64,000 nt of DNA from an uncultured Rickettsiales bacterium (GTDB lineage: Bacteria > Myxococcota_A > UBA796 > UBA9615 > CAYRNR01): positions 24,327 to 88,326 of the forward strand of contig CAZDDH010000002.1 of the NCBI GenBank assembly GCA_964504165.1, in the 5' to 3' direction. Below, one piece after another: positions 40,551 through 53,357 of the stretch. The notes below the pieces were generated by a model. It worked only from the letters and a program-made list of their open reading frames with translations. It had not been told where the DNA came from and did no database searches. Made by a program: the position numbers and the translations under genes. Positions within the stretch are counted from its first letter, which is position 1. Every line of letters starts with the position of its first letter.

Positions 40551-41650
40551 GGAAGCACCGCCCGCACCCGCTGCGCATAATGCCGGGGAAGGAACGACCC
40601 GTTCACCCGCTGTTGCCCCGAATGCCCGAGTTCCCGGCTCCATTCCCGCTGCTCGAGGAGCCGGATCAGGGCCGCGGCGATCTCCCCGACGTCGTCCGGA
40701 TCCACCAGGACGCCGGTCTTCCCGTCCTCCACGGCCTCCACCACGCCATTGGTCCGCCCGGCCACCACCGCCAATCCCCGCAGGCCCGCCTCCAGATAGA
40801 CGAGCCCGAAGCCCTCCGTGTCGCCGCCCGCCTCCTCCCGGCATGGCAGCGCGAACAGATCCGCCAGTTCGTAGGCGGCCTCGAGCCGAGCCTCGTCGAG
40901 GAATCCAGCCAGTCGCACCGCGTGAGCCACCCCCACGTCCTCGACGAGCCGCTCCAGCCGCTGCCGGTCCGTCCCCTCGCCCACCAGTAACAGGCGGGCG
41001 TCGCCAACCCGCTCCAGCACTGCAGGCCAGGCCTGGATCAGGCGATCTTGCCCCTTGCGCCGGATGAGACGCCCCACGGCCACGACCACCGGCCCCTGGC
41101 CCAGGCCCAGCTCCCCGCGGAGGGTGCCCGCCGGCGCGGCCGGGCCCACGGCACGCACCGCAGGCAAACAGGTGATCACCCGCGACGAATCCACACCCCG
41201 CTGCTCCAGCTCCCCGCCCAGCCAGTCCGTCAGCGCCACCACCCGATCGGCGGTGTGGAACGCCCGGGGCAGGGTCTCCACCGCGGTGACATCCCGCCCG
41301 TAGCACAGCAAGACGATCTTCATCCCCAACCGCTGGGCCAGCCGTGCTGGAGTGCCGGCGAGCTGCCAGCTCGCGGCCACCAGAGTGGCGGCACCATACT
41401 TCATGTAACACTTCATGATATATGGCGTAAAATTGCGTGATGCATGATGTACCCAGGAGTGCCCTGACATGCGTACGATCGGGTACGGGCGGCGTTCGTC
41501 CCACGCGCTGATGTCCTCGCCACGCCCCCTGCTGTAGACCACCACCGGTTCGCCGATCTCGGCCATTCCCGTGGCCAGCACATCGACCAACGTGGCGACA
41601 CCGCCGTCCTGGCGGGGCGGCAGATCGAGGGTAGCGAGGATGCGTGTCAT
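40547..41650 (-). CDS. GT4 glycosyltransferase (PimB-like)
   Basis: PP..GGV, VGRL..RKGQD and EGFGLVYLEA...GVVEAV.DG.TG. Confidence 0.88.
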   Translation of the reverse strand: MTRILATLDLPPRQDGGVATLVDVLATGMAEIGEPVVVYSRGRGEDISAWDERRPYPIVRMSGHSWVHHASRNFTPYIMKCYMKYGAATLVAASWQLAGTPARLAQRLGMKIVLLCYGRDVTAVETLPRAFHTADRVVALTDWLGGELEQRGVDSSRVITCLPAVRAVGPAAPAGTLRGELGLGQGPVVVAVGRLIRRKGQDRLIQAWPAVLERVGDARLLLVGEGTDRQRLERLVEDVGVAHAVRLAGFLDEARLEAAYELADLFALPCREEAGGDTEGFGLVYLEAGLRGLAVVAGRTNGVVEAVEDGKTGVLVDPDDVGEIAAALIRLLEQREWSRELGHSGQQRVNGSFLPRHYAQRVRAVLP

Positions 41651-42666
41651 CCGGTTTGGTCCGCCTCCAACAGCTCGGTCGCCCGGTGGAGGACCGTGCC
41701 GGCCCCCAGGTCATCGAGGCAGGCGTGGTGTTCCAGCGGGCAACGACTCGAACCATACAGCGTACAGGGATGGCACGGCAGATCGGGAATGATCGCCCGT
41801 CCCACCCCCTCCCACGGCCAGTACCCCATGCGCGCCCCCGTCGGACCGAACAGCCCCACCGGCCGTGCCCCGGCAGCCCCCGCCAGGTGCAGCAGGCCCG
41901 TATCCCCACCGACGGCCACCTCACAGCGACCCATCGCCCGCAGCATGCCGACCAGATCGAGTTCTTCGTGGGCGCTGGCCGCCCCGGCTGCCCGGCCCAC
42001 GACGCTGTGGACCAGGGCCTCCTCGCCGGGGCCGTAGAACACGATGGAACGCCCGCCCGTGGCGGCGCGCCAACCGGATGCGAGCTCGGCGTACGCCCGG
42101 GCCGGCCATCGTTTGATGGCGCTGCGAGCACCGGGCAGCAGGGCCAGTAACGGCCCACCGTCCCCCGGCACCGCGCCGCGCAACCCCTCGGGCGCTCGGG
42201 GCATCGCTGCAGCGTCTGCCGGCGCATCGACTACATCCAGAAACCGCCGGGTGAACTCCCTCACGCTGCCCCGTGGCACCCGTAGCCGGCCGTCGCCCAG
42301 GCGGATCCCCACCGCCAGCCGGCGCGAGAGGGACTCCTTGGCCACCGTGCGGTCCGCCCCCCCCAGCCGTCCCGCCAGGATCCGGCTGCGCAGGCTACCG
42401 TGCAGATCGAGGATGGGGCCGTACCCGGCATCTCGAATCTCCCGGGCCAGGGCCAGGTTTTCCTGCAGGCCGGCGTATCCCCCCAGCCCTTCCAGGGTGA
42501 AGGTCCGCCCCACCCAAGGTAGCGCGCCCATCAACCCCGCATATCGCCGGCTCGTCACCAGCGACAACGGCCCGCATCGTCCGTGGAGCGCGGCCAGGGC
42601 CGGCCAGGTGAGCACCAGATCGCCCAGCCGGCCGAACCGGATCACCAGCGGTGCCGCATCAGACAT
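41647..42666 (-). CDS. GT9 LPS heptosyltransferase family protein
   Basis: IRFGRLGDLVL, DLHGSLRS, PGA....KRWP, GDTGLLHLA.A and LFGPT, with a C-terminal Cys cluster. Confidence 0.88.
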   Translation of the reverse strand: MSDAAPLVIRFGRLGDLVLTWPALAALHGRCGPLSLVTSRRYAGLMGALPWVGRTFTLEGLGGYAGLQENLALAREIRDAGYGPILDLHGSLRSRILAGRLGGADRTVAKESLSRRLAVGIRLGDGRLRVPRGSVREFTRRFLDVVDAPADAAAMPRAPEGLRGAVPGDGGPLLALLPGARSAIKRWPARAYAELASGWRAATGGRSIVFYGPGEEALVHSVVGRAAGAASAHEELDLVGMLRAMGRCEVAVGGDTGLLHLAGAAGARPVGLFGPTGARMGYWPWEGVGRAIIPDLPCHPCTLYGSSRCPLEHHACLDDLGAGTVLHRATELLEADQTG

Positions 42667-43711
42667 CTGCAGGCACCTTCCGGAGCACGGCAGCGAGCAC
42701 CTCGCCCACCGAGATGGACAGCAGACACTCCAGGCCCAGCGGGCAACGGCGCCGGTAGCAGCCCGCACAGGGGAGTTCCGCGCGGTGCAGGACCTGATGG
42801 CCCGGCCCCAGGGGACCGTGCAACCCGGGGTGGCTCGAGCCGAACACCGCTACCACCCGGCCGCCCCCAGCCGCCCATACGTGCATGGGGCCCGTGTCGT
42901 TGGTCACCAGGCACGGCAGCTGCTCGGCCAGCGCCGCGAACGGCATCAGCGGGAGGGTCGTATCGCCGGCGGCCAGGGTGGCCGCGCCCGGCCCGGCCGC
43001 TTCCCGGATCCCCTGCACCAGCCGCGCCCCGGGCCGCCCCTCAGCCGGCCCGCCGATCACGCAGGTATGGATCCCTCGCCCAGCCAGCCGTACCGCAAGC
43101 TCTCCATACCGATCGATGGGCCAGCACTTGGTCTTGCCACCGGCCGCAAACGGCGCCATGGCCACGGTACGCCGTCCGCCGGCCGGCAGGTGCTCCAGCC
43201 ATTCCCGGGCGGCACTCCGGTGCGCTGACGACGGCTGCAGGGCAGGCAACGGCTCGCTGCACCGGCCACCCACCGCCTCGATGATGTCCAGATAGTCCCT
43301 GGCCTGGTGCGCCGCCGGCCGTCCCCGCCGCTTGCCCACCGGATGGGTCAACAGGGCTCGCCGCATATCGTCCGCGTAGCCGACGCGGATCGGGATCGAA
43401 GCCCGCCACAGCTGGTAGACGCTGCGGAACGACGGGCTGAACAGTAGCGCCGCACCAAAATGCCCAGCCTTCAGACGGGACCGCAGATCGCCGTCACCGC
43501 GGGACGAAGGGGGGACCTCGATATGGTCCTGGACGGCCGGATGGCCGTCGAAGACAGCAAGCGCCGGGCGACGGGTAGCCACGACGATGGGGGAGCCGGG
43601 CCGCAGCTCGTGCAGGCATGCCAGCGCGGGCAGGGACAGGGCTGCATCCCCGATCCAGTTGGGGGCGCGGAACAGCAGGGGTGATCGATCCTTGGGGAGC
43701 GGACTGGGCAC
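42659..43711 (-). CDS. waaF: LPS heptosyltransferase II (GT9)
   Basis: RAPNWIGDA, SFRS, KCWP, TNDTGPMH and C..C..R.CP...C. Confidence 0.85.
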   Translation of the reverse strand: MPSPLPKDRSPLLFRAPNWIGDAALSLPALACLHELRPGSPIVVATRRPALAVFDGHPAVQDHIEVPPSSRGDGDLRSRLKAGHFGAALLFSPSFRSVYQLWRASIPIRVGYADDMRRALLTHPVGKRRGRPAAHQARDYLDIIEAVGGRCSEPLPALQPSSAHRSAAREWLEHLPAGGRRTVAMAPFAAGGKTKCWPIDRYGELAVRLAGRGIHTCVIGGPAEGRPGARLVQGIREAAGPGAATLAAGDTTLPLMPFAALAEQLPCLVTNDTGPMHVWAAGGGRVVAVFGSSHPGLHGPLGPGHQVLHRAELPCAGCYRRRCPLGLECLLSISVGEVLAAVLRKVPADV

Positions 43712-43755
43712 TCCGGGCTCGCGCTCGACGCCGTCTGCCCTCGGGGTCCCTGTCG

Positions 43756-44994
43756 TCAGTGGCCGGATCCCCCGCCGTAGTCATTGCCACCGGATGTCGT
43801 ACGCTCGAATCCGGGGATGGCGTCCTGGGCCTGGTCCGGCTTGTTCGTCGTCCCCTTGCGGGCTGCCGCCGCCGCTTTGAGCTTGTCGTTCTCCACGTCG
43901 CTCTCCGCCCGCATGATGGCCACCAAGCGGTCGAAGTTGGAGACGCTGGTGGATGCGTCGCGGGCGGTGGCCAGATCGATGATGCCCTGGGAGTACATGC
44001 GGATCACGTGCTGGTCGAAGGTCTGCATCCCGTAGGACTCGCCCGTCTCCTGCAGCTGGACGATGTTGCCGGTCTTCCTGGTGTCCCGGATGCAGTCGCG
44101 GATGGCGTCGGTGGCCACCAGAATCTCGGAGGCGGCGACACGGCCGGGCTGGTCACTCCGCTGAACCAGACGCTGGCAGACGATGGCCGCCAGCCCGTCC
44201 CCCAGGCGCAGCCGCACCTCCTGCTGCTGCTCGGCGGGGAAGAACGCCAGCATGCGGTTGATGGATTTGGAGGTGTCGGTGGTGTGCAAGGTGGACAGCA
44301 CCAGGTGGCCGGTCTCCGCGGCCCGCAGGGCCATCTCCATGGATTCCATGTCCCGCATCTCACCCACCAGGATCACATCCGGGTCCTGGCGCAACGCACC
44401 ACGGAAGGCGGTCAGGAAGCTCTGGGTGTCCGTGCCCACCTCCCGCTGGGAGATACAGGCCTGCTTGTTCTGGTGCAGGTACTCGATGGGGTCCTCGATG
44501 GTCAGCACGTGGCAGCGCCGGGAGTCGTTGATGCGGTCGATCATGGCGGCCAGGGTCGTGGATTTGCCGCTACCGGTGTTGCCGGTGACCAGGATCATGC
44601 CGCGATTGACCAGCGCCAGGTCCTTCAGCACGGGGACCAGCCCCAGCTGGTCGAGGGTCGGCACCTTGTGGGGGATGATGCGCAGCACGATGGCGAAGCT
44701 GCCCCGGCTGCGGTACAGGTTGACGCGGAAACGCCCCAGCTGGGGGGCCGAGTGCGCGAAGTCGAACTCGCGCACCTGATCCACCTTGAAGTTGTACCCG
44801 GCGCGGGCCAGCAGGATGGCCCCGTATTGTTGGGTCTCCGCGGGGCCCAGCGGGACCGCGTCGGGCTGTACGGTCATGGTGCCGTCGATGCGATAGAGGG
44901 GGGGCTCGGTGACCTTGAGGTGGACGTCCGAGGCGCCAGCGGAAACGCCGTAACGGAGGATTTCGTGGAGCGTTTGCTCGCTGACTGCGGCCAT
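43756..44994 (-). CDS. pilT: Type IV pilus retraction ATPase, PilT/PilU family
   Basis: ASDVHL, RFRVN, GNTGSGKSTT, TIEDPIE, ALRQDPDVILVGEMRD, ETGHLVLSTLHT and GMQTFDQ. Confidence 0.9.
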   Translation of the reverse strand: MAAVSEQTLHEILRYGVSAGASDVHLKVTEPPLYRIDGTMTVQPDAVPLGPAETQQYGAILLARAGYNFKVDQVREFDFAHSAPQLGRFRVNLYRSRGSFAIVLRIIPHKVPTLDQLGLVPVLKDLALVNRGMILVTGNTGSGKSTTLAAMIDRINDSRRCHVLTIEDPIEYLHQNKQACISQREVGTDTQSFLTAFRGALRQDPDVILVGEMRDMESMEMALRAAETGHLVLSTLHTTDTSKSINRMLAFFPAEQQQEVRLRLGDGLAAIVCQRLVQRSDQPGRVAASEILVATDAIRDCIRDTRKTGNIVQLQETGESYGMQTFDQHVIRMYSQGIIDLATARDASTSVSNFDRLVAIMRAESDVENDKLKAAAAARKGTTNKPDQAQDAIPGFERTTSGGNDYGGGSGH

Positions 44995-44997
44995 GGA

Positions 44998-46533
<1,536 letters not shown>

Positions 46534-46600
46534 GTGTCCTGTTCAGCCGGGATATTCGTGGTGTATTCAGCGTTCCCGGACCGTCCTGCGGGCTGTTGAA

Positions 46601-46629
46601 AAGGTGCCACCGAGGGGGGGCGCTGTCAA
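46601..46629 (-). promoter_or_regulatory. Promoter-like TTGACA-N17-CACCTT upstream of ffh
   Basis: Perfect -35 at 46624-46629 with a weak -10. Confidence 0.4.
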
Positions 46630-46653
46630 TGAATCTAGGTGCCGAAGCACCGC

Positions 46654-47094
46654 CTAGTCGCCACACGTCCCCTGCAGTACCAGAGTCCCAACCTCACGGG
46701 TGGCCTCCCAGTACCCCAGGTCTTCCAGGGAACTGAGGATCGTCACTTCCCAGCGGAAGTATCCGCGATCGACGGCCTGACAGGCGTAATGAACATCCAT
46801 GACCAGATCCTCACCGCCCGGGATCTCCAGCGTCTGCTCGAAATCGAAGAACGGTGAATCCTGATCATCGCCCGGTGGGACCATGTCCGCACCGAACGTG
46901 TCGGGCACCAGAAAATACAGATAGACCGGGTCCTCTTCCAGGTTCCCGAAGGTCAGTTCGAGGACCGATTCGTCGTCGATGGCGATCGTCCCGAAATCCA
47001 GGACCTCCGGATCCATCGTGGCGTGGTGAATGGTGCTCCTGCAGCCGCCGAGCAGCAACGCGGACACGAACACGATCATCGGTAAACGGCTCAT
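46654..47094 (-). CDS. Hypothetical lipoprotein, possible Ig-like domain
   Basis: Lipobox LGGC; P..LDFG.......L...N pattern; ATGA-coupled to dut. Confidence 0.7.
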   Translation of the reverse strand: MSRLPMIVFVSALLLGGCRSTIHHATMDPEVLDFGTIAIDDESVLELTFGNLEEDPVYLYFLVPDTFGADMVPPGDDQDSPFFDFEQTLEIPGGEDLVMDVHYACQAVDRGYFRWEVTILSSLEDLGYWEATREVGTLVLQGTCGD

Positions 47095-47549
47095 TGCACC
47101 CCCGTCGAACCAAAACCGCCGGCGCCGCGTTCGGTCTCGTCCAGAGAGTCGAGGAGCTGCCAGTCAGCCCTCCCGACCGGACACAGCACCAGCTGGGCGA
47201 TACGATCGCCGTGCTCGATGGTGAACGGTTCGCTGTCCAGGTTGATCAACAGGATCCGGATCTCACCGCGGTAGTCGGCGTCGATGGTCCCCGGGGCATT
47301 GACCACCGTCACCCCCTTGAGGGCCAGCCCGCTGCGGGGCCGTACCTGGATCTCCCAGCCCTGCGGGACCGCGACGGCCAGCCGGGTGGGGACGGCGGCC
47401 CGCTCCATCGGCTGGAGAATCATCGGCTCGGCCAGAGCCGCGCGCACGTCCATTCCAGAGGCCCCCTCGGTCATGTAACGGGGCAACTCGACATCGGGTG
47501 TCTTGGCGTTGTCCAGGACCGTGATCCAGACGACGATGGCTTCGCTCAT
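47091..47549 (-). CDS. dut: dUTP diphosphatase
   Basis: [28 protein letters not shown] and [10 protein letters not shown]. Confidence 0.97.
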   Translation of the reverse strand: MSEAIVVWITVLDNAKTPDVELPRYMTEGASGMDVRAALAEPMILQPMERAAVPTRLAVAVPQGWEIQVRPRSGLALKGVTVVNAPGTIDADYRGEIRILLINLDSEPFTIEHGDRIAQLVLCPVGRADWQLLDSLDETERGAGGFGSTGVQ

Positions 47550-49120
47550 GTTCCACTCTCCACGTCCGGCTCGGCGCTGTCATCGTCGCCGGCGGGCGGC
47601 TGGGCGGCCTGGTCGATACTCTCCTCGTCCATGCTCACGGTGAGGGCAACACGGCACATCTTGCGCACGGACGGGTCCACGTCGCGTAGCCCCAGCCGCA
47701 GCGCGTCCTGCGTGGTCGGTTCCAGGGCGGCGACCTCCCCCAGCCAGACGGCACAGTCCTCCCAGCCCGCTCCAACGTAGGCCAGGCAGAATCCCAGGTC
47801 CGTGCTGCCCAGATCCCCCAGCGGGAGCACGTCCCGCTCGCGGATCTCCAGGCGCTCCCGCCAGGCCGCCGTCGTGCTCTCACGCAGCGCCTCGGACAGG
47901 GTCTTGAGGTACGCCTCGCCCAGCACGATCTGGCCGTCGGCCGGCGCCTTCCAGCCGGACTGACCCCGGTTGGCACGCAAGGTCAGCCGCGCCGTCCCGA
48001 ACCGGGGCACCCAGATGGCGGTGCCCTGCCCGTGGATGGCCGCCAGGTCGCCGGCGAAACACTCGGCCAGGACGTCCTGCGGTGTCTGGGGTTGTTCCTC
48101 GGTCGGAGGCTCCTGCACCTCGGTACGGGCGTTGCCCTTGTCCTTGTCCCCGGACTTCGCTTCGAGGGCGGACACCGCCGGTGCCGTGGCCTTGCCCAGC
48201 AGCTTGATGTCCACGGTCACGGCCGTCGATGGGCCGGTGGTGGACGCACCCCAGGCCGCCGCACAGCCCAGGGGCAGATCGGTCATCAGCAGGTTGACGG
48301 CCTTGCCGAATTCGCTGCTGGGATCGGGCGGAATGATCTCCACACTCCCCCCGTCAAAACCGACGGTGGGCAGGTTGGTGCGCACCCCTTCCATCCGCGA
48401 GCCGCGACGGTTGAGCACGCTGGGTAGCTCCATGGCCTCACGGCTGGATGGGTCGTCCGGGATCACCTCGCCGCCGGCGACGCGCTCGATGACCTGGTTC
48501 AGGCGTTCGGACATGGGAGGTTCGACCTCCGCCAACGACAGACCGACCCGGAGGTTCTCGTAGGGCTGGGGATCGTCGCGGGGACCGGCGTGGGTGAACA
48601 GCCGCATCCACCGATCCTGGGTTTCGGCCGGTTCGGCGGCCCACAGGGCCTGGCAGGACTCGAGGATGCCATCCGGATCGGCCTTGAACGAAGGCCAGCA
48701 GATCTCGACGAACACCTCTTCCCGCACCGGCCCCTCCAGCCCGTCGTAGAGCAGATCCAGGTGGGTTGGCAGCAGCTGGTATTGCTTGGCGGTCGCGAAG
48801 GCCACCGTGGTCCGCTGGGGGTCCTTGCCCAATACGGCCAGCAGGACCTGTTGGCTGCGCTCGTCGTTCACCAGCACCAGGGCCCGCACGAGCCGGTCCC
48901 GCATCACCTCGTCGGCGACCTCGGGCTCGATCTCCTGCAGCTTGTCGGCTGCTCCCGGCTGGAGCACGGCGAGGCTGGATGGGGTGGGTTCGGAAGAAAG
49001 GAACGTGATAGTAGCCGCACGCCGCTCGTCCTCCTCGCTGGTGGGGCACCCCACCAGGAGGAGTACGGCAGCTAGGGCTCCGAGGAGCCAGCTGCTATTC
49101 GCTGTCAGCGTCCAGTGCAT
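47546..49120 (-). CDS. Hypothetical lipoprotein with helical (HEAT-like) segments
   Basis: Lipobox LVGC-P; overlaps the pnp stop and is ATGA-coupled to dut. Confidence 0.7.
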   Translation of the reverse strand: MHWTLTANSSWLLGALAAVLLLVGCPTSEEDERRAATITFLSSEPTPSSLAVLQPGAADKLQEIEPEVADEVMRDRLVRALVLVNDERSQQVLLAVLGKDPQRTTVAFATAKQYQLLPTHLDLLYDGLEGPVREEVFVEICWPSFKADPDGILESCQALWAAEPAETQDRWMRLFTHAGPRDDPQPYENLRVGLSLAEVEPPMSERLNQVIERVAGGEVIPDDPSSREAMELPSVLNRRGSRMEGVRTNLPTVGFDGGSVEIIPPDPSSEFGKAVNLLMTDLPLGCAAAWGASTTGPSTAVTVDIKLLGKATAPAVSALEAKSGDKDKGNARTEVQEPPTEEQPQTPQDVLAECFAGDLAAIHGQGTAIWVPRFGTARLTLRANRGQSGWKAPADGQIVLGEAYLKTLSEALRESTTAAWRERLEIRERDVLPLGDLGSTDLGFCLAYVGAGWEDCAVWLGEVAALEPTTQDALRLGLRDVDPSVRKMCRVALTVSMDEESIDQAAQPPAGDDDSAEPDVESGT

Positions 49121-51197
49121 CCTTGCGAGACAACCGGATCTTGCCGGACCTGCGGTCCACGTCGATGCAACGGACGAGCACTTCGTCGCCTTCGCGTACG
49201 ATGTCCTCGACCCGCTCCACGCGGTGCTTGGCCAGCTGGCTGATGTGCACCAGGCCGTCGGTCCCCGGGAAGATTTCCACGAAGGCGCCGAAGTCGGTGA
49301 TCTTCTTGACGAGGCCCAGGTACAGCTTGCCGATTTCGGCTTCCTGCGTGATCTCCTGGACCATCTTGATGGCCTTGTTGCAGGCGTCCTCGTCCGGCGA
49401 GGAGAGCTGCACGCGGCCGGTGTCGTCCACGTCCACCTTGCAGCCGGTCTGCTCGACGATACCGCGGATGACCTTGCCTCCGGGGCCGATGATGTCGCGG
49501 ATCTTGTCCTTGTGAATCATGATCGTGTGGATGCGCGGCGCGTAGGGGCTGCCACCCTCACGCGGGCCGTCGATGGCCGTGGCCATCTTGCCCAGCAGGT
49601 GGGTCAGGGCGTCCTTGGCCTGGGCCAACGCCTTGGTCATGATCTCGCGGCTGATGCCGCCGATCTTGGTGTCCATCTGGAATGCGGTGATGCCGTCGGC
49701 GGATCCGGCGACCTTGAAGTCCATGTCGCCCATGTGGTCTTCGTCACCCATGATGTCGGTGAGCACCACGTAGTCGTCGCCCTCTTTGATCAGCCCCATG
49801 GCGATACCAGCGATGGGCCGCTTCATCGGAACGCCGGCGTCCATCATCGACAGGGAGCCGCCGCAGACGCTGGCCATCGACGACGAGCCGTTGGACTCGG
49901 TGATGTCACTGACCACACGCACCACGTACGGGTACTCGGTCTCGTTGGGCATGACCTGGTCCAGGGCACGGTGCGCCAGGGCGCCGTGGCCGATTTCACG
50001 CCGGCCGGGGCCGCGCATGAACCGCACCTCGTTGACGCTGAACGGCGGGAAGTTGTAGTGCAGGATGAAGGTCCGCTTCTGGTCGGCCTCCAGGTACTCG
50101 ATGCGCTGGGCGTCGTCGCCGGTGCCCAAGGTGGTGACCACCAGGGCCTGGGTCTCACCGCGGGTGAACAGCGCCGAACCGTGGGTCCGGGGCAGCACGC
50201 CCACGCGGACGTCGATCTCGCGGATTTCCGCGGGGCCACGGCCGTCGATGCGCTTCTGCTCGGTCAGCGCCATCTTGCGCACGACCTTCTTGCGGAGGAT
50301 GTCCCAGCCCTTCTTGGCCTGGCCAACGGCCGCCTTGTCGGACGGGTCCTCGATGAGGTCGGCGATGATGTCGCTGCGCAGGGCGCGGCACGCCTTGCGG
50401 CGCTCCAGCTTGCCCTCGGTGAGCAGGGCGGTCTTCATGGCGTCGTCGTACTTCTCGAAGATCGTGGCGTGCAGCGCCTCGTCCACCTCGGGGGGCTCGA
50501 CGGGGGCGGCCTGCTTGGCCACCTCGGCGGCCAGCGCCTCCTGGGCATCCAGGATGGGGAGGATCGACTGATGGGCGAAGTCCAGGGCGTCCAGCAGGTC
50601 GGACTCGCTGACCTCTTCGAAGCCACCCTCGACCATGCAGATGGCCTCGCGGGTCGCGGCGACGATGAGCTGGATGTCGCTCTTGTCCCGCTGCTCGAAG
50701 GTGGGGTTGGCGACGAGCTCGCCGTCGATGCGGCCGACGCGGACGGCTCCGTAGGGGCCCTCGAAGGGGGCGTCGCTGATCATGGCGGCGCAGGAGGCGC
50801 CGTTCATGGCCAGGACGTCCGTGTCGTTGACCTTGTCGTGGCTCAGCACGAAGGCGACGATCTGGGTTTCCTGCTGGTACCCCTTGGGGAACAGCGGGCG
50901 GGTGGGCCGGTCGATCATGCGGGAGGTGAGCGTCTCCATCTCGGTGAGCTTGCCCTCGCGCTTGAAGAATCCGCCGGGGATCTTGCCGGCGGCGTAGGTC
51001 TTGGCGATGTAGTCGCAGGTCAACGGCAAGAAGTCGATGCCTTCCCGCTTGGACTCCTCGATGGTGCAGGTGACCAGGGTGACGCTGTCGCCGTACTGGA
51101 CCGTCACCGCTCCACCGGCCTGACGGGCGATGAGTCCCGTCTCGAATTTCATCTCCTTGCCGGAGATTTCAACTGTCTTGGAATGGATGTCGAACAT
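49095..51197 (-). CDS. pnp: Polyribonucleotide nucleotidyltransferase
   Basis: [54 protein letters not shown] and DMDFKVAG; KH and S1 domains. Start could be 51218. Confidence 0.97.
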   Translation of the reverse strand: MFDIHSKTVEISGKEMKFETGLIARQAGGAVTVQYGDSVTLVTCTIEESKREGIDFLPLTCDYIAKTYAAGKIPGGFFKREGKLTEMETLTSRMIDRPTRPLFPKGYQQETQIVAFVLSHDKVNDTDVLAMNGASCAAMISDAPFEGPYGAVRVGRIDGELVANPTFEQRDKSDIQLIVAATREAICMVEGGFEEVSESDLLDALDFAHQSILPILDAQEALAAEVAKQAAPVEPPEVDEALHATIFEKYDDAMKTALLTEGKLERRKACRALRSDIIADLIEDPSDKAAVGQAKKGWDILRKKVVRKMALTEQKRIDGRGPAEIREIDVRVGVLPRTHGSALFTRGETQALVVTTLGTGDDAQRIEYLEADQKRTFILHYNFPPFSVNEVRFMRGPGRREIGHGALAHRALDQVMPNETEYPYVVRVVSDITESNGSSSMASVCGGSLSMMDAGVPMKRPIAGIAMGLIKEGDDYVVLTDIMGDEDHMGDMDFKVAGSADGITAFQMDTKIGGISREIMTKALAQAKDALTHLLGKMATAIDGPREGGSPYAPRIHTIMIHKDKIRDIIGPGGKVIRGIVEQTGCKVDVDDTGRVQLSSPDEDACNKAIKMVQEITQEAEIGKLYLGLVKKITDFGAFVEIFPGTDGLVHISQLAKHRVERVEDIVREGDEVLVRCIDVDRRSGKIRLSRKDALDADSE

Positions 51198-51351
51198 GAA
51201 TTCCTCGGGCGTGGCCACGCGACTGCGGGCCGCCTTTTCAAGCAGTCCCCCCGAACTCTGCCCCTATGGCGAGAGTTCCTCTGCGGTCAGTTACCCGGGG
51301 AACCGCAACTTCGCAAAGCCCCGCCCTAGACGAACGGAGCGCTCCTCACTG

Positions 51352-51621
51352 CTACTTCCGGATGCCGAGCTCACCGATGAGCGTCTTGTAGCGGCCGAGG
51401 TCCTTGCGCTTGAGATAATCGAGCAGACCACGACGGCGGGAGACGAGCTTCAGCAGACCGCGGCGGGAGTGATGGTCCCGGTGGTTGGTCTTGAAGTGCT
51501 CGGTCAGGTACTTGATGCGATAAGTCAGGATGGCGACCTGGACTTCCGGCGAACCGGTGTCCCCGTCGTGGGTCTTGAACTTGTCGATCAATTCGGAGGT
51601 GATTTCGGGAGTGAGAGCCAT
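51352..51621 (-). CDS. rpsO: 30S ribosomal protein S15
   Basis: 89 aa with [24 protein letters not shown] and LGIRK; GGAGG RBS. Confidence 0.97.
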   Translation of the reverse strand: MALTPEITSELIDKFKTHDGDTGSPEVQVAILTYRIKYLTEHFKTNHRDHHSRRGLLKLVSRRRGLLDYLKRKDLGRYKTLIGELGIRK

Positions 51622-51723
51622 GGAAACCTCCCGGAATACCGATGGTCCACCTTGGGCGACCTGTCGCGTATTCCAGCAACGTTGGGTGTCCGAAACGACC
51701 ACAATGCCGTTCCGGTGCGCGGG

Positions 51724-51752
51724 AACATAGCGACGGGGCGCGGGAATGTCAA
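51724..51752 (-). promoter_or_regulatory. Promoter TTGACA-N17-TATGTT for rpsO-pnp
   Basis: -35 at 51747-51752 and -10 at 51724-51729. Confidence 0.65.
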
Positions 51753-51812
51753 TGATCTTGGGGATATAGAAGCGGGGAGGCCGTGCCCGTCTGAACGCGG
51801 TTCGAGCAGCGG

Positions 51813-52865
51813 TCAGCGGGGCAGCAGGACCTTGTTGATCTCGAGCACCGGCTCCCGCGCGGGCATCCGGTGGGCCCTGTCCGCCGCACAGGTCGCCCGC
51901 ATGATGGCCAGCGTACGACCGTCGGCCTGGTTCAGCAGCACCGGCTCGCCGGCCTCGAACTCCGGGGTGCCGGACGGGGGGAAATCCGCGGCCCGCACCG
52001 GCTCTCCGTGGCGCACCCGGCTCTCCACCTCGCTGCTCACCTGCACGGTCGGGGCTTCGACACACCCGGAGACCGGCATCAACGAGTCGCCCAGCTTCTC
52101 CACCCACCAGCTCGCCCCCTCTTCGAAGGACCAGCGCCAGCGGCGGCCCTCGGCGCTGTCATCGTGGGAAGACTCCTCGTCCCGATAGAGGGCACCCAGC
52201 TCGTCGATCTCGTCGAGGGTGATGGAGTTGCCGATGTGGAACTGCCCGGACGTCTCCCGCTCCAGCGTGGTCAGGTGGGCTCCACACTCGAGCAACTGGC
52301 CGACCTCGTCCACCAGCACCCGAACATACGTACCCGTCGAGCAGCTGACCCGGAATTCCACATCGGGGAGGTCCATGGACAGCAGCTCGATGCCATGGAT
52401 CGTCACCTGCTTGGCCTTACGCTCGACCTCGATGTTCTTGCGGGCCAGCTCGTACAGCCGCTTGCCCTTGATCTTCACCGCCGAGTACATGGGCGGGACC
52501 TGCTCGATCTCGCCGAGGAAGCTCTCAAGGGCGCCCACCACACGTTCTTCGTCGATCCCCTCCACCGGCGCCTCGGCCACCACTTCGCCGGTGGGGTCGA
52601 GGGTATCGGTGCGTATACCCAGGCGCATCGTGCCCCGGTAGACCTTGAGGTCGGTGGACATCAACGAGGCGACGCGGGTCGCCGAATTGACCATCACCGG
52701 CAGCACGCCGGTGGCGAATGGGTCCAGTGTCCCACCGTGCCCAGCCTTGTGGATCCGCATGGAGGCGCGCAGCCGGCTCACCGCCTGCTGGCTCGTGATT
52801 CCCGCGGGCTTGTCCAGGACGACGATCCCCTGGATCTCGGGGTTGCGCAGACGATCCCGTGCCAC
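51813..52865 (-). CDS. truB: tRNA pseudouridine(55) synthase
   Basis: [42 protein letters not shown] and CSTGTYVR. Confidence 0.96.
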   Translation of the reverse strand: MARDRLRNPEIQGIVVLDKPAGITSQQAVSRLRASMRIHKAGHGGTLDPFATGVLPVMVNSATRVASLMSTDLKVYRGTMRLGIRTDTLDPTGEVVAEAPVEGIDEERVVGALESFLGEIEQVPPMYSAVKIKGKRLYELARKNIEVERKAKQVTIHGIELLSMDLPDVEFRVSCSTGTYVRVLVDEVGQLLECGAHLTTLERETSGQFHIGNSITLDEIDELGALYRDEESSHDDSAEGRRWRWSFEEGASWWVEKLGDSLMPVSGCVEAPTVQVSSEVESRVRHGEPVRAADFPPSGTPEFEAGEPVLLNQADGRTLAIMRATCAADRAHRMPAREPVLEINKVLLPR

Positions 52866-52866
52866 G

Positions 52867-53280
52867 TCAGTCCTCCATCTCCCCGTCCTCGCCATCCTCT
52901 TCGAGCAGCTCGCCCCGTTCCCGCTGCCGCTCCTCGTCTTCCCGTACGACCCGATCGATCATCAGGCGCACCTCGGTGGCCTGGTGCAAGATGGCGTCGT
53001 GCTCGAACCGCAATTCCGGTACCTGGCGCATACGGAGGATCCGCCCCAGCTTGCTGCGCAGGAACCCGCCGGCCTTCTTGAACCCCTTGCTGGCCTCCTT
53101 GGCGCCGGACTGATCGCCGAGCAACGTGAACAGTACGCGGGCGTTGCGGCAGTCCGCCGACACCTCTACGCGGGTGACGCTGACGCCCTCCAGGCGTGGG
53201 TCCTTGATGGAGCTCCGCAGCAATCCCGTGATCTCACGCTGCAGCAGGCTGGCCAGACGTTGACTACGCTCGACGTTCAC
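52867..53280 (-). CDS. rbfA: Ribosome-binding factor A
   Basis: IKDPRL..VSVT.V.VS.D, A.GFLR and R.VPELRF..D; GTG start after GGAGGAG. Confidence 0.93.
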   Translation of the reverse strand: MNVERSQRLASLLQREITGLLRSSIKDPRLEGVSVTRVEVSADCRNARVLFTLLGDQSGAKEASKGFKKAGGFLRSKLGRILRMRQVPELRFEHDAILHQATEVRLMIDRVVREDEERQRERGELLEEDGEDGEMED

Positions 53281-53302
53281 ATTCTCCTCCGAAACGGGGC
53301 GT

Positions 53303-53331
53303 ACCATGCGCGAGGGGTCCGGGACTGTCAA
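53303..53331 (-). promoter_or_regulatory. Promoter-like TTGACA-N17-CATGGT upstream of rbfA
   Basis: -35 at 53326-53331 and a CAnnnT -10 at 53303-53308. Confidence 0.45.
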
Positions 53332-53357
53332 GAAAGGAGGCGGACCTGGGACCGTGG

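Noticed and set aside
40551-42227. N-terminal 560 aa of the 933-aa track ORF 39426-42227
   Set aside because: Arg/Gly/Pro-rich off-frame read-through of two real glycosyltransferase genes. The real gene starts at the GTGA overlap at 40550.
51268-51316. Imperfect hairpin between rpsO and pnp
   Set aside because: Consistent with the ordinary pnp leader or rpsO terminator structure; not novel, and too imperfect to annotate confidently.
48786-51329. 847-aa + strand ORF; likewise 43618-45636, 34380-36314, 7446-9347 and 58524-60752
   Set aside because: Antisense shadows of pnp, ffh/pilT, rel, the ceramidase and the surface protein. Stop-poor reverse frames are expected at high GC3, and none shows a recognisable motif.
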